Source of the DNA: Candidatus Hydrothermarchaeaceae archaeon
GTDB taxonomy: Archaea > Hydrothermarchaeota > Hydrothermarchaeia > Hydrothermarchaeales > Hydrothermarchaeaceae
Assembly: GCA_036446855.1 (NCBI GenBank)
Contig: JAZFTU010000050.1
Location: forward strand, 1-32,545
Length of the DNA: 32,545 nt
Reading direction: 5' to 3'
The stretch's first letter is position 1. Each line of letters starts with the position of its first letter. The notes under the pieces were generated by a model. It saw only the letters and a program-made list of their open reading frames with translations. It had not been told where the DNA came from and ran no database searches. Below are positions 15,725-24,049 of this stretch, piece after piece. The position numbers were made by a program, and so were the translations under genes.

Positions 15725-17214
15725 GCCGAGGACTGTATCTTTTTCAGAACTTCATCAGAGTCTTTGTAATAGTCCTGAATCCACTTGTAAACAACGTCCA
15801 ATTTTGTTATGCCCTTCCCAGCAAGGTAGTCCAAGACAATCGTCCTCTTCTCAAGCTCAATGTTAAGCTCTTCACCGCTGATTCCAGCCTTTTTTGCAAT
15901 ATCCTGCTTAAGCCTGCTGGGAGTTCCAGTGGCCTTTACCTTATCCTCTTTGGGGTCATGCTCGTAAATCTTGTTTAAAAGGACCTTATCAAGCTCGGTT
16001 CCTGCAATCTCTGCAATCTCTGTAACTCGCCTTCTCACCTTCCCGCCGACAGAGATTCTATTTTGCATTATTATCATGTCCATTGCAGGTATCATAATGA
16101 GGGGAACGTTCATCGGGGCATTTATGAGCCTTGTCACCGTCTCGTTTGCAGTGTTTGCGTGCGCAGTGCCCATGCAGCCGTCGTGCCCTGTGTTCATTGC
16201 GACAAAAAGGGTTGACGCCTCCTCTCCCCTCACCTCTCCAAGAATCAGGCGGTCGGGCCTCATTCTAAGCGTGTTTATAAGGAGCTGATTAAAAGAAAGT
16301 CCGCCCTTTCCCTCTACGTTTGGAGGCTTTGTCTCAAGCCGTATCATATGTTGGAGTGGAAGCTGCAATTCTGCGGTATCTTCTATCGTAATTACCCGCT
16401 CTCTTTTAGGGATAAATAGTCCCAGACAGTTTAGCGTTGTAGTCTTGCCTGAGCCCGTACCTCCCGATACCAGTACGTTTGCAGGCTTTACCCCCATGCC
16501 GTCTACGGCAAGCCACATAAATGCAGCGACTTCAGAAGAAAACGTCCCAAAGTTAATAATGTCAATTATGGTAAGTGCCTCTGCCTTAAACTTTCTGATT
16601 GTAATTGTAGAGCCGTCTAGCGATGCAGGTTTTAGGGTTGCATTAACCCTGCTTCCGTCTGGAAGTCTTGCGTCCAAAAGAGGATTTGCGATATCAATTT
16701 TTCTCCCGGAGAATCTGCCAATCTTCTCTATTATCCTCTGGATGTCCATATCGTTTTCGAAGACAATGTTTGTAGGAATGGCACCGTGCTTCCTGTGCGC
16801 AACATAAACAGGAGCTCCTACCCCGATTACCATGACCTCTTCGAGGGCGTCGTCATTGAGGAGTGGCTGAATTGCGCCGTAACCTATCATGCTGTTGACT
16901 ATTATTTCTCCCATCTGGAAGAGTTTATTGCTGTCTGGCTCCTCAAAACCTTTCCGCTTTTTGACGCCGGATTTAAATACCTCGATTTCTCCAGCCATCA
17001 TCTCTGAAACTTCTTCTCTGAGCTTTTCTTTTCTGGTCTCTTGATCTGTTATGCTGTCCAGATTAATAGACATTTCCCTGATTGCCCGGTCAGTGACATC
17101 TATCATGAACTGTCTATCAGCAGGGGTCAAATCAGGCAGATTAACTTTGTAAAGCAGTTCTTTTTCTTCGTCTTCTATAATCTCAAAGTTTTCCCCTGAT
17201 TCCAAAGCTGCCAT
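15721..17214 (-). CDS. Type II/IV secretion-system family ATPase (archaeal ArlI/FlaI / PilB / VirB11-like)
   Basis: 497 aa. Walker A is VSGGTGSGKTTTLN, with ITIEDTAEL, Walker B DRLILGEVRGEEA and the His box GHDGCMGTAHAN. These are the hallmark motifs of the GspE/FlaI family. Confidence 0.9.
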   Translation of the reverse strand: MAALESGENFEIIEDEEKELLYKVNLPDLTPADRQFMIDVTDRAIREMSINLDSITDQETRKEKLREEVSEMMAGEIEVFKSGVKKRKGFEEPDSNKLFQMGEIIVNSMIGYGAIQPLLNDDALEEVMVIGVGAPVYVAHRKHGAIPTNIVFENDMDIQRIIEKIGRFSGRKIDIANPLLDARLPDGSRVNATLKPASLDGSTITIRKFKAEALTIIDIINFGTFSSEVAAFMWLAVDGMGVKPANVLVSGGTGSGKTTTLNCLGLFIPKRERVITIEDTAELQLPLQHMIRLETKPPNVEGKGGLSFNQLLINTLRMRPDRLILGEVRGEEASTLFVAMNTGHDGCMGTAHANTANETVTRLINAPMNVPLIMIPAMDMIIMQNRISVGGKVRRRVTEIAEIAGTELDKVLLNKIYEHDPKEDKVKATGTPSRLKQDIAKKAGISGEELNIELEKRTIVLDYLAGKGITKLDVVYKWIQDYYKDSDEVLKKIQSSA

Positions 17215-17280
17215 GGAGAAACTTTAATCTATCAGGCACATAAAAGTTTTTCTGCAAGGGATGGTTTTTAGTGGGAACGG

Positions 17281-18270
17281 TCACTTTTCAATTGGATACT
17301 TGTACGAGCCGTCAGTATTTTTAGTGTTTGCCCATTCGTCCCAGGATCCATCGTAGTTTCTTACGTTCTCATAGCCTAAAATCTCTTTTAGCGCAATTAA
17401 GGTGTGGGAAACTCTGATGCCCCCCTGGCAGTATATTATAATTTCCTTGTCCGAAGTGACACCAATTGCCTCGTACATATTTTTCAGCTCTTCTTCTGAC
17501 TTGAACGTATAGTCTGGATTCATAACATCTCTCCAGTTGAGGAAAACGGCTCCAGGTATGCGCCCGCCCCTCTCAGAGCCAAATTTTTTCTTGCCGTCAT
17601 ACTCTTCTTTAGCGCGGTTGTCTAAAATCACAATATCGCTGTTGTCAAGATTTTCGAGAACGTAGTTCCCCGTGGCCCTCGTGCCAGCGTCCGGCTCGTC
17701 TGCCGTATACACTGCCGGAGTTACAGTTGGCGAGCCCCCGCCTTGCGTTTCCCTTCCATCACTTGTCCACTTCTCTATTCCACCATCTAAAATCCCAATA
17801 TTCTCGTGTCCATAATACTTGAGCGTCCACCACATTCTGGCAACCCATGCAGCGTCCCAGGCTCCGCTGTATTTCCCATAGACGACGACTACATCTTCAT
17901 TGGAAATTCCATTATCGCCCATTGCCTTCTCGAATTTTGCCTTGCTTGCCACGATTCCAGAACTGCCCTTTGTCTTGGGAGATTCCATTATATCGTTGGC
18001 ATCAATGAAAATGGAACCGGGTACGTGCTCTTTTGAGTAGCTTGATTTGGCACCTCTTCCCGTGCCCACGTAAACGATGCGCAAATTTGTGGCGCCCAGA
18101 TTTTCAGCCAGCCAATCTCCATTAACAATTGGGTCTACCCCTTCCACAGGCGATTGAGTGGGTTGTGGAGGTTCGGGAGGGGGAGTCGTGCACCCGGATA
18201 ATACGAAAACCGCCCCCAAAAAAACTATTGTGATAAATGCGAACTTGATACTAAACTTTCCTGTGTTCAT
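17281..18270 (-). CDS. Secreted/lipoprotein tandem-rhodanese sulfurtransferase (thiosulfate/3-mercaptopyruvate type)
   Basis: The signal peptide has a lipobox-like VLSGC followed by the Pro-rich linker TTPPPEPPQPTQSP. Two rhodanese domains follow. The C-terminal active-site loop is IIIYCQGGIRVSH. AGGAGG RBS upstream. Confidence 0.85.
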   Translation of the reverse strand: MNTGKFSIKFAFITIVFLGAVFVLSGCTTPPPEPPQPTQSPVEGVDPIVNGDWLAENLGATNLRIVYVGTGRGAKSSYSKEHVPGSIFIDANDIMESPKTKGSSGIVASKAKFEKAMGDNGISNEDVVVVYGKYSGAWDAAWVARMWWTLKYYGHENIGILDGGIEKWTSDGRETQGGGSPTVTPAVYTADEPDAGTRATGNYVLENLDNSDIVILDNRAKEEYDGKKKFGSERGGRIPGAVFLNWRDVMNPDYTFKSEEELKNMYEAIGVTSDKEIIIYCQGGIRVSHTLIALKEILGYENVRNYDGSWDEWANTKNTDGSYKYPIEK

Positions 18271-18431
18271 CCAAATCCTCCTTTAAGTTTATAGAACTTA
18301 ACGTTGATGGGGTATTTAAAATTTGCCAATGGGGCAGCCTTTCACAATAAGTAGATTTGAGAGTAGCCTCTTTCCCGTGAATACTCTTATATACTTCTAG
18401 AACTTAAATATTAATTAAAGGTGGTGGCCTT

Positions 18432-18767
18432 TTGAGGAAACGTATAGCAGCAGCTTTTATAGTGGCATTTTTGCCGTTATTAATCATTGTGCCCCTCATA
18501 ATGGGGACAGTTACACATGAATCATTACACTATGCTCTATCGAAGATAGACAGTCGCGTTGAACCGGAAGGAGTTTACTTCTTTTCTGGTTGTGAAACAA
18601 AAAACGCAATTTCATGTGTTCGAAGTCGCTGGACTACAGACGACATCAATGAGCAGGAGGCGTGGACAGCGGAAAGTGATAAAAGAGAAAAAATTGTCGA
18701 TTTTGTGGATTTCACTGTCACAACTGCTGTTTCTATTGCTATGGTTATAGGTGCTTTGAAAGTATAA
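18432..18767 (+). CDS. Small two-TM membrane protein carrying an HExxH motif
   Basis: 111 aa with a TTG start 6 nt after GGTGGTGG. The MRKR N-terminus is followed by a TM helix, then THESLHYAL (HESLH at nt 18516-18530) just after TM1. A middle region of about 55 aa contains two Cys, and a C-terminal TM helix closes the protein. Coding status is moderately supported only. Confidence 0.5.
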   Translation: MRKRIAAAFIVAFLPLLIIVPLIMGTVTHESLHYALSKIDSRVEPEGVYFFSGCETKNAISCVRSRWTTDDINEQEAWTAESDKREKIVDFVDFTVTTAVSIAMVIGALKV

Positions 18768-19017
18768 ATATTAAGGGTGGAATCTCTTGAGACCAATATC
18801 CTTGGTATTAGAAAAAAAATGCAAATAAAAAGAGGAATATCCAACCGTTTTTGCCACAAATCAGCTTTTTCATTTATAACGCCTTCAAAGTCACTCAAGT
18901 ACAAGACCTGAAAATATTAGTCTTTTCTATATTGACAGTTCCTCTGCGTCGATATATATTTTCCCACGACTTTAACTCCCAGCACCTCAGCAAAAGTATT
19001 GTTGCCATAAAGCCAAG

Positions 19018-19362
19018 ATGGTGACAGAAATGAAATGTCCGATGTGTGAAAAAGGTAACCTGAGGAACGGAGAAGGTGAAGAGGAGATGTTCGGGGTAGC
19101 CCTGGGAAAATTTCCGGCAGAAATCTGCGATAAATGCGGTGAGTCTTTTCTAGACGAAGAAGCAATGCAGAAAATCGAACATAAGGCAAAGGAGATAGGA
19201 ATCTTTGGCCTTGAAAGAAAGGTCAAAATAAGAAAGTCCGGGAACTCTCTTGTCGTTACCATACCACCGGAAATTGCAAAGTATACTAACATGAAAAAGG
19301 AGACCCTTGTAAGCCTAATACCTACGGGGAAAGGAAAGATAGAGATTGAAATAGCCGGGTGA
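19018..19362 (+). CDS. YgiT/MqsA-type zinc-ribbon fused to AbrB/SpoVT (MazE-like) DNA-binding domain; antitoxin-like
   Basis: MKCPMCEKG...(20 aa)...CDKCGESFLDEEA matches the MqsA N-terminal zinc-ribbon pattern. The C-terminal KVKIRKSGNSLVVTIPPEIAKY is the SpoVT/AbrB swapped-hairpin signature. The start is ATG 19018 or ATG 19030. Confidence 0.7.
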   Translation: MVTEMKCPMCEKGNLRNGEGEEEMFGVALGKFPAEICDKCGESFLDEEAMQKIEHKAKEIGIFGLERKVKIRKSGNSLVVTIPPEIAKYTNMKKETLVSLIPTGKGKIEIEIAG

Positions 19363-19382
19363 AGGAAAAGTCACCATACTCC

Positions 19383-19787
19383 CTACTCAGATGGGAGGGT
19401 CTCAAACCCCATTTGAGAGAAATGCAGATCAAATGCCCTCTCTATTTCCAGTTCTTTCATCACCACAAAACTCGTGCAGTCCGTAAAACTCAGCTCGTTA
19501 TCATCGTGATTTTTAAATATGTCCCATGCAGAATCTTCGATGCCCTCGTCAATTCTAATAATTTTCAAACTTTTTGATTTTCTTACCTTATCTCCAAAAC
19601 CGACCGCCTCTTTATGTCCGACCTTAAATAGGAACAATGTCAATGCCTCATTAATGATGTTGTTTGTAGTGTAGAGAAGGCCATACTTATTTTTAGCAAT
19701 ATCTGCTTTTACCAAAGAAGCAGTGTTGTGATTTACGTCTGTTTGGACTTCCATGGCATAAAAGGCACTGGTATCAATGAAGATCAT
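19383..19787 (-). CDS. vapC: PIN-domain toxin VapC
   Basis: MIFIDTSAFYAME (first conserved Asp), ...FTDCTSFVVM..., and a C-terminal acidic residue give typical VapC architecture. I place the start at ATG 19787, 4 nt after the antitoxin stop. The track's extension to 19814 would overlap the antitoxin. Confidence 0.8.
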   Translation of the reverse strand: MIFIDTSAFYAMEVQTDVNHNTASLVKADIAKNKYGLLYTTNNIINEALTLFLFKVGHKEAVGFGDKVRKSKSLKIIRIDEGIEDSAWDIFKNHDDNELSFTDCTSFVVMKELEIERAFDLHFSQMGFETLPSE

Positions 19788-19791
19788 GCAT

Positions 19792-20013
19792 TCACCTGTA
19801 CAGGTATGCATCATGTTTTATTGAACCATTTTTTGGTCCCTTCTTTGCCACAGGTTCAGAGAAAAAAGAGTCATCAGGATCAACTTTTTCCATTTTCACA
19901 TAAGTCTTAATCGCCTCTTTGACCGTGCTCTTAATTGTGCTATTCTTCTCTGAGGCTATTTGTATAAGCAGGGCATATTCTAAATCACTCACTTCCGTTT
20001 GTACCACTTTCAT
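19792..20013 (-). CDS. vapB: VapB-type antitoxin (ribbon-helix-helix-like)
   Basis: 73 aa, immediately upstream of and co-oriented with the PIN gene. The N-terminal beta-strand plus helices (VVQTEVSDLEYALLIQIASEKNSTIKSTVKEAIKTYV) fit an RHH fold, and the tail is disordered. Confidence 0.65.
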   Translation of the reverse strand: MKVVQTEVSDLEYALLIQIASEKNSTIKSTVKEAIKTYVKMEKVDPDDSFFSEPVAKKGPKNGSIKHDAYLYR

Positions 20014-20067
20014 GTTTCATCACTAATGTACCATGTAAACTGTACCACGTACACTATTTTCAAAAAA

Positions 20068-21207
20068 TTAAAGTTCTTTCAAAATCTCTTCTAAATCCTT
20101 GATAAACCCCTTTACACTCTCCTCGGTCACATGAGGCATAATAACTAGCCTAATCTCTCCTTTTGTAGTATTGGAAATGCTCCAGCCATTATCAGCAATC
20201 TTTCTTGAAATCACATCCTGATTTTTATGCCCGAATACAAGGATGTTCATGGTTGGCCTTATGACCGGGAGATCAAGCTTTTTCAGCTTTTTGTATAATG
20301 TCATTGTGACGTCCATGCATTTTTTCACGTTTTCTTTGTATCCTTCTCTCCCTAGCAGACTATAAACCGCGTAAACCGCAGCCGCGGAGGCGCCAGTCCT
20401 TGTCCCTGTGAGGGTGTACTGCTTTTTTTCTGTAAGATATGGGGAGCGTTTTTCTATGCAGTTGACATAGGACCTTTCCCTTACAAGGAGGCACCCCGCA
20501 GGGATTGGCGAAAGCCCCATTTTGTGGGGGTCAATTGTAATCGATGAGACTCCATCCAAAGAGAAGTCAAATTTCCCGGCTTCATAACCGAGTTCTTTTA
20601 GGAAGGGTATTACGAACCCGCCAAATGCAGCGTCTACATGCAAAAATATGTCCTCCTTAGAAGCAACTTTGGAGAGTGCCGCTATATCATCTATGGTTCC
20701 GTATTCTGTACTTCCGCCAATGCCCACGATTGCAACTGTATCCTCATTTACTTTTGTTCTTACGTCGGAGACGTCTACACAGCGCTCCTTAACTTTCGCC
20801 TTTACCAGCTTGAGCCCGAGCATGTCAGATGCTTTGTCAATCGAGAAATGTGCAGTTTCAGGTGCTATGATCTCTGGACGTTCCCTCTGTTTCATGTTTC
20901 TTGCAATCCAGAGGGCCATTATGTTTGCCTCGGTCCCTCCAGAGATTATAAAACCACTTGCATCCGATTTCCCCAAAAGACTTCCGAGCATTTCAATGGC
21001 CCTGTTTTCCAGCTCCTTTGTGCCTTTGAAAAGACCTGCATCCCCTAGATTCGTATCCGAAAAGAGTTCGTACGCCTTCCTGGCAAACGGGTGTGGCGAG
21101 GTGCACATCGAACTTAATATTTTACCGTCAGAATAGTGCCAATCCTTTTTGCTTGCGTCAAAAAGGCTCTTTAAAATCTCTTCTTCACCCATGACCTTCT
21201 TTTGCAT
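20068..21207 (-). CDS. mfnA: L-tyrosine/L-aspartate decarboxylase MfnA (PLP-dependent; methanofuran/CoA biosynthesis)
   Basis: SDGKILSSMCTSPHPFARKAYELFSDTNLGDAGLFKGTKELENRAIEMLGSLLG...ISGGTEANIMAL...DPHKMG closely follows the archaeal MfnA pattern, including the PLP-lysine motif HK. ATG 21207 is preferred over the track's TTG 21225. Confidence 0.85.
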   Translation of the reverse strand: MQKKVMGEEEILKSLFDASKKDWHYSDGKILSSMCTSPHPFARKAYELFSDTNLGDAGLFKGTKELENRAIEMLGSLLGKSDASGFIISGGTEANIMALWIARNMKQRERPEIIAPETAHFSIDKASDMLGLKLVKAKVKERCVDVSDVRTKVNEDTVAIVGIGGSTEYGTIDDIAALSKVASKEDIFLHVDAAFGGFVIPFLKELGYEAGKFDFSLDGVSSITIDPHKMGLSPIPAGCLLVRERSYVNCIEKRSPYLTEKKQYTLTGTRTGASAAAVYAVYSLLGREGYKENVKKCMDVTMTLYKKLKKLDLPVIRPTMNILVFGHKNQDVISRKIADNGWSISNTTKGEIRLVIMPHVTEESVKGFIKDLEEILKEL

Positions 21208-21252
21208 AGGATTTAGTACTCCCAAATAGAATAAAAAAGTTGGGAGGGTAGC

Positions 21253-23544
21253 TTATCTTGTTGCACTTTCCAGAAGAATCCGCTTCTCTGTTCTCGAAAC
21301 AGTCTCCCTCACTGTCTGCACGGCGTCAGGGTTCGCAGAGACGCTGCTTATACCGAGCTTTACAAGAATTTTTACGACGTCAGGGTAGCTTCCGGCCTGA
21401 CCGCAGATTGACGTATCAACGCCCGCTGCCCTGCACTTTTTTATTACCATCTCTATCAGTTTTAACACGGCAGGGTGCTTTTCTGAAAACAGCTTTTGGA
21501 CCCTCTCGTTATTTCTGTCGATTGCGAGGGTGTACTGCGTAAGGTCATTAGTTCCGAAACTTACGAAATCGAGACCTTCTTTTATAAGATCATCTATTAT
21601 CAAAGCGGAAGCTGGCGTTTCGACCATTATGCCGAACTGCACATCCTTGTGAGGTATCAGGCCAACTTCTACTGCCAGCTTTTTTGCCTCAACCAGCTCT
21701 TCTGGCTGTTGGACCAGAGGTATCATCACGCCAATGTTCGTATATCCCTCGTCCACAAGTCTTTTTATGGCCTTGAACTCGGCTTTTAATAGCTCTGGCT
21801 GGTCTATTCCTCTCCTAATCCCTCTCCATCCAAGCATGGGATTGTGCTCTATGGGCTCTTCTTCTCCACCTTTCATGCCTCGAAACTCATCTGTTGGTGC
21901 ATCGAGAGTCCTTATATATACAATCCCATTTGTCTTGTAGAATGCATCGACGACAATTTTAATGTCCGATGCGAGTCTTCTAATGAACTCTTCTTCATCA
22001 CCCTTTGATATGAAGTCTATAGGGTGCCTGCCCATGCCAAGGATTATGTGCTCTACCCTCAAAAGTCCCACGCCATCCGCAATATTGGCCATTTTTGTTG
22101 CGATTCGTTCATCAGGCACTGCAAGATTCACTTTCACCTCGGTAGCAGTGATTATCTTTTGGGGCGCCGTAGAAACGACTTCAGGGGACTTTTCTTCAGT
22201 CTTGGTCAGACCCCTGTACACAACACCCCTGGAACCGTCGACTGATATCTCCATGCCATCTTTTAGAACTTCTGTTGCATTGCCTGTACCAACAACGCTG
22301 GGAATGCCAAGTTCCCTTGATATTATGGCAGCATGGCATGTCATCCCCCCGTCTTCTGTTACGATGGCGCTTGCCCTCTTCATCGCTGGCACCATGTCAG
22401 GATTTGTCATCGTTGTTACCAAAACGTCATTTTTCTGCACTTTGTCGAGTTCTTCTATGTTGAATATTATTTCGACTTTTCCACTACCTACTCCAGGAGA
22501 GGCACCATGCCCTTTAATGAGTATCTCCCTTTCTTTGAAATCTTTCTCTTCTTTCCCTTTTTCCTCGTCAAATAATGCAGTTATTGGACGGGACTGCACC
22601 AAAAACACCTTGCTATCTTCTATGGCCCACTCTATATCCTGTGGAAAGTTGTAGTGTTTTTCTACATCCATACTAAATTTAGTGATCTTTTTCATTTCAC
22701 TTTCAGTTAGTACTTGTGCAGTACTTTTTTTCCCTTTAATCTTCACTTCCACTGTTTTCCCTGTCTTTTTGTCCTTGGTGAACATCATATCCTTCTTTCC
22801 TATCTCTTTTTCAACAAGCTTTAGGTTATTTTTGTCAATCACATAATGGTCGGGGGTAACTGTGCCAGATACCACTCCCTCGCCAAGTCCCCAGCCCGCC
22901 TCAATTATAAGCTGGTCAGAATTTCCAGTCATCGGGTTTGCGGTGAACACAACTCCCGCTTTTTCTGAATTAACCATTTTCTGCACAACCACGGCCATAG
23001 AAACCGTATCGTGCTCAAAACCCTGTTTTTCTCGATAGAATATTGCGCGGGGGGTAAAAAGCGATGACCAGCATTTCTGCACACTATCTATCAAATCCAC
23101 ATTAGAAATGTTCAAAAACGTTTCCTGCTGGCCGGCAAAGCTTGCACCTGGAAGGTCTTCTGCCGTAGCAGAGCTTCTTACGGCGACAAACTCATTTTTT
23201 TTGCCGGTCAATTTGCATAATTTTCTATAATTCTCTCTTACGGTCTTTTTTACGGCATCGGGCATTTTTGTTTTCATCATCATCTTGCGTATCTTTTTTG
23301 ATGAATTCTGAAGTTCCGAGGTTTTGTCCACCTGTGTATTATCAAGCACTTCGTTGATTTTCGGCCTAAGGCCGCTCTCGTCCAGAAATCTCTTGTATAC
23401 CTGTGCTGTGATTACAAAACCCGGCGGCACTGGAAGTTTTGAACTTACCATCTCCCCTAGATTAGCTCCTTTACCTCCAGCAATGTCCACATCTTCTTTT
23501 TTCAAATCTTCGAACCATACAACATCCATTGATTCCACTTCCAT
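21253..23544 (-). CDS. ppsA: Phosphoenolpyruvate synthase (pyruvate, water dikinase)
   Basis: 763 aa. ATP-grasp N-domain (GGKGANLGEM), swivel phosphohistidine domain (GGMTCHAAIISRELGIP) and a PEP-utilising TIM-barrel C-domain (GIMVETP, SFGTNDLTQY). Confidence 0.95.
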   Translation of the reverse strand: MEVESMDVVWFEDLKKEDVDIAGGKGANLGEMVSSKLPVPPGFVITAQVYKRFLDESGLRPKINEVLDNTQVDKTSELQNSSKKIRKMMMKTKMPDAVKKTVRENYRKLCKLTGKKNEFVAVRSSATAEDLPGASFAGQQETFLNISNVDLIDSVQKCWSSLFTPRAIFYREKQGFEHDTVSMAVVVQKMVNSEKAGVVFTANPMTGNSDQLIIEAGWGLGEGVVSGTVTPDHYVIDKNNLKLVEKEIGKKDMMFTKDKKTGKTVEVKIKGKKSTAQVLTESEMKKITKFSMDVEKHYNFPQDIEWAIEDSKVFLVQSRPITALFDEEKGKEEKDFKEREILIKGHGASPGVGSGKVEIIFNIEELDKVQKNDVLVTTMTNPDMVPAMKRASAIVTEDGGMTCHAAIISRELGIPSVVGTGNATEVLKDGMEISVDGSRGVVYRGLTKTEEKSPEVVSTAPQKIITATEVKVNLAVPDERIATKMANIADGVGLLRVEHIILGMGRHPIDFISKGDEEEFIRRLASDIKIVVDAFYKTNGIVYIRTLDAPTDEFRGMKGGEEEPIEHNPMLGWRGIRRGIDQPELLKAEFKAIKRLVDEGYTNIGVMIPLVQQPEELVEAKKLAVEVGLIPHKDVQFGIMVETPASALIIDDLIKEGLDFVSFGTNDLTQYTLAIDRNNERVQKLFSEKHPAVLKLIEMVIKKCRAAGVDTSICGQAGSYPDVVKILVKLGISSVSANPDAVQTVRETVSRTEKRILLESATR

Positions 23545-23958
23545 TTAACTTAAAGAATTTTTCAAAATCTTTGCCCTTGATTTTTGGTAGCCCTTTTCAC
23601 TGAGTTTAGAAATTAGATTTAAATTGTCTGAAGAGACGTTCAGCCGTAGTAACAATAGTTTCAGATTGGGCAGGTTCATAATCTTTATCTCATTTAATGC
23701 CTCTAGATCCCTCATCACCTTCGCCAGAGCGACAAGCTCGGAAAACTTCCTTACGAAAGTGAACGTTGGACATATTGCCCCATTTTCTATCCTTGAGACG
23801 GTCTCCCTTCTCAGGCCCAAAAGGGTGCCCACATCCTCCTGCCTTATACTAAGAGAGTTCCTGATACATTTGATTTTAAGGCTGGGATTTTCAGAGGATA
23901 ACACGGCCCCTCCAGTGTCTCTCATGTATCTCTCATATTCTTTTTTAGGAAGGTACAT
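23545..23958 (-). CDS. XRE/Cro-type helix-turn-helix transcriptional regulator
   Basis: IRNSLSIRQEDVGTLLGLRRETVSRIENGAICPTFTFVRKF is a clear HTH_3/XRE signature. Its stop TAA is directly followed by the ppsA ATG (TAAATG). Confidence 0.75.
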   Translation of the reverse strand: MYLPKKEYERYMRDTGGAVLSSENPSLKIKCIRNSLSIRQEDVGTLLGLRRETVSRIENGAICPTFTFVRKFSELVALAKVMRDLEALNEIKIMNLPNLKLLLLRLNVSSDNLNLISKLSEKGYQKSRAKILKNSLS

Positions 23959-24049
23959 TCTTTCAACACCCAGACATTTAAGCCATGATAGTTTTCTATA
24001 TCGATATATAAATAGTTTTTGAGAAAATGTTACGTATGATGTAACAAAT

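Noticed and set aside
21962-22654. A 230-aa plus-strand ORF, with several shorter ones, antisense to ppsA.
   Set aside because: It lies entirely within a strongly recognisable 763-aa PEP synthase gene. Its translation is Ser/Pro/Thr-rich with low complexity, typical of antisense frames. No RBS or promoter is evident.
24028-24046. The palindrome TGTTAC-N7-GTAACA as a standalone novel element.
   Set aside because: The arms are only 6 bp, and it starts 4 nt after the ArsR stop codon. It is equally explained as a weak terminator hairpin or an operator, so it is kept only as a note under the HTH-ppsA finding.
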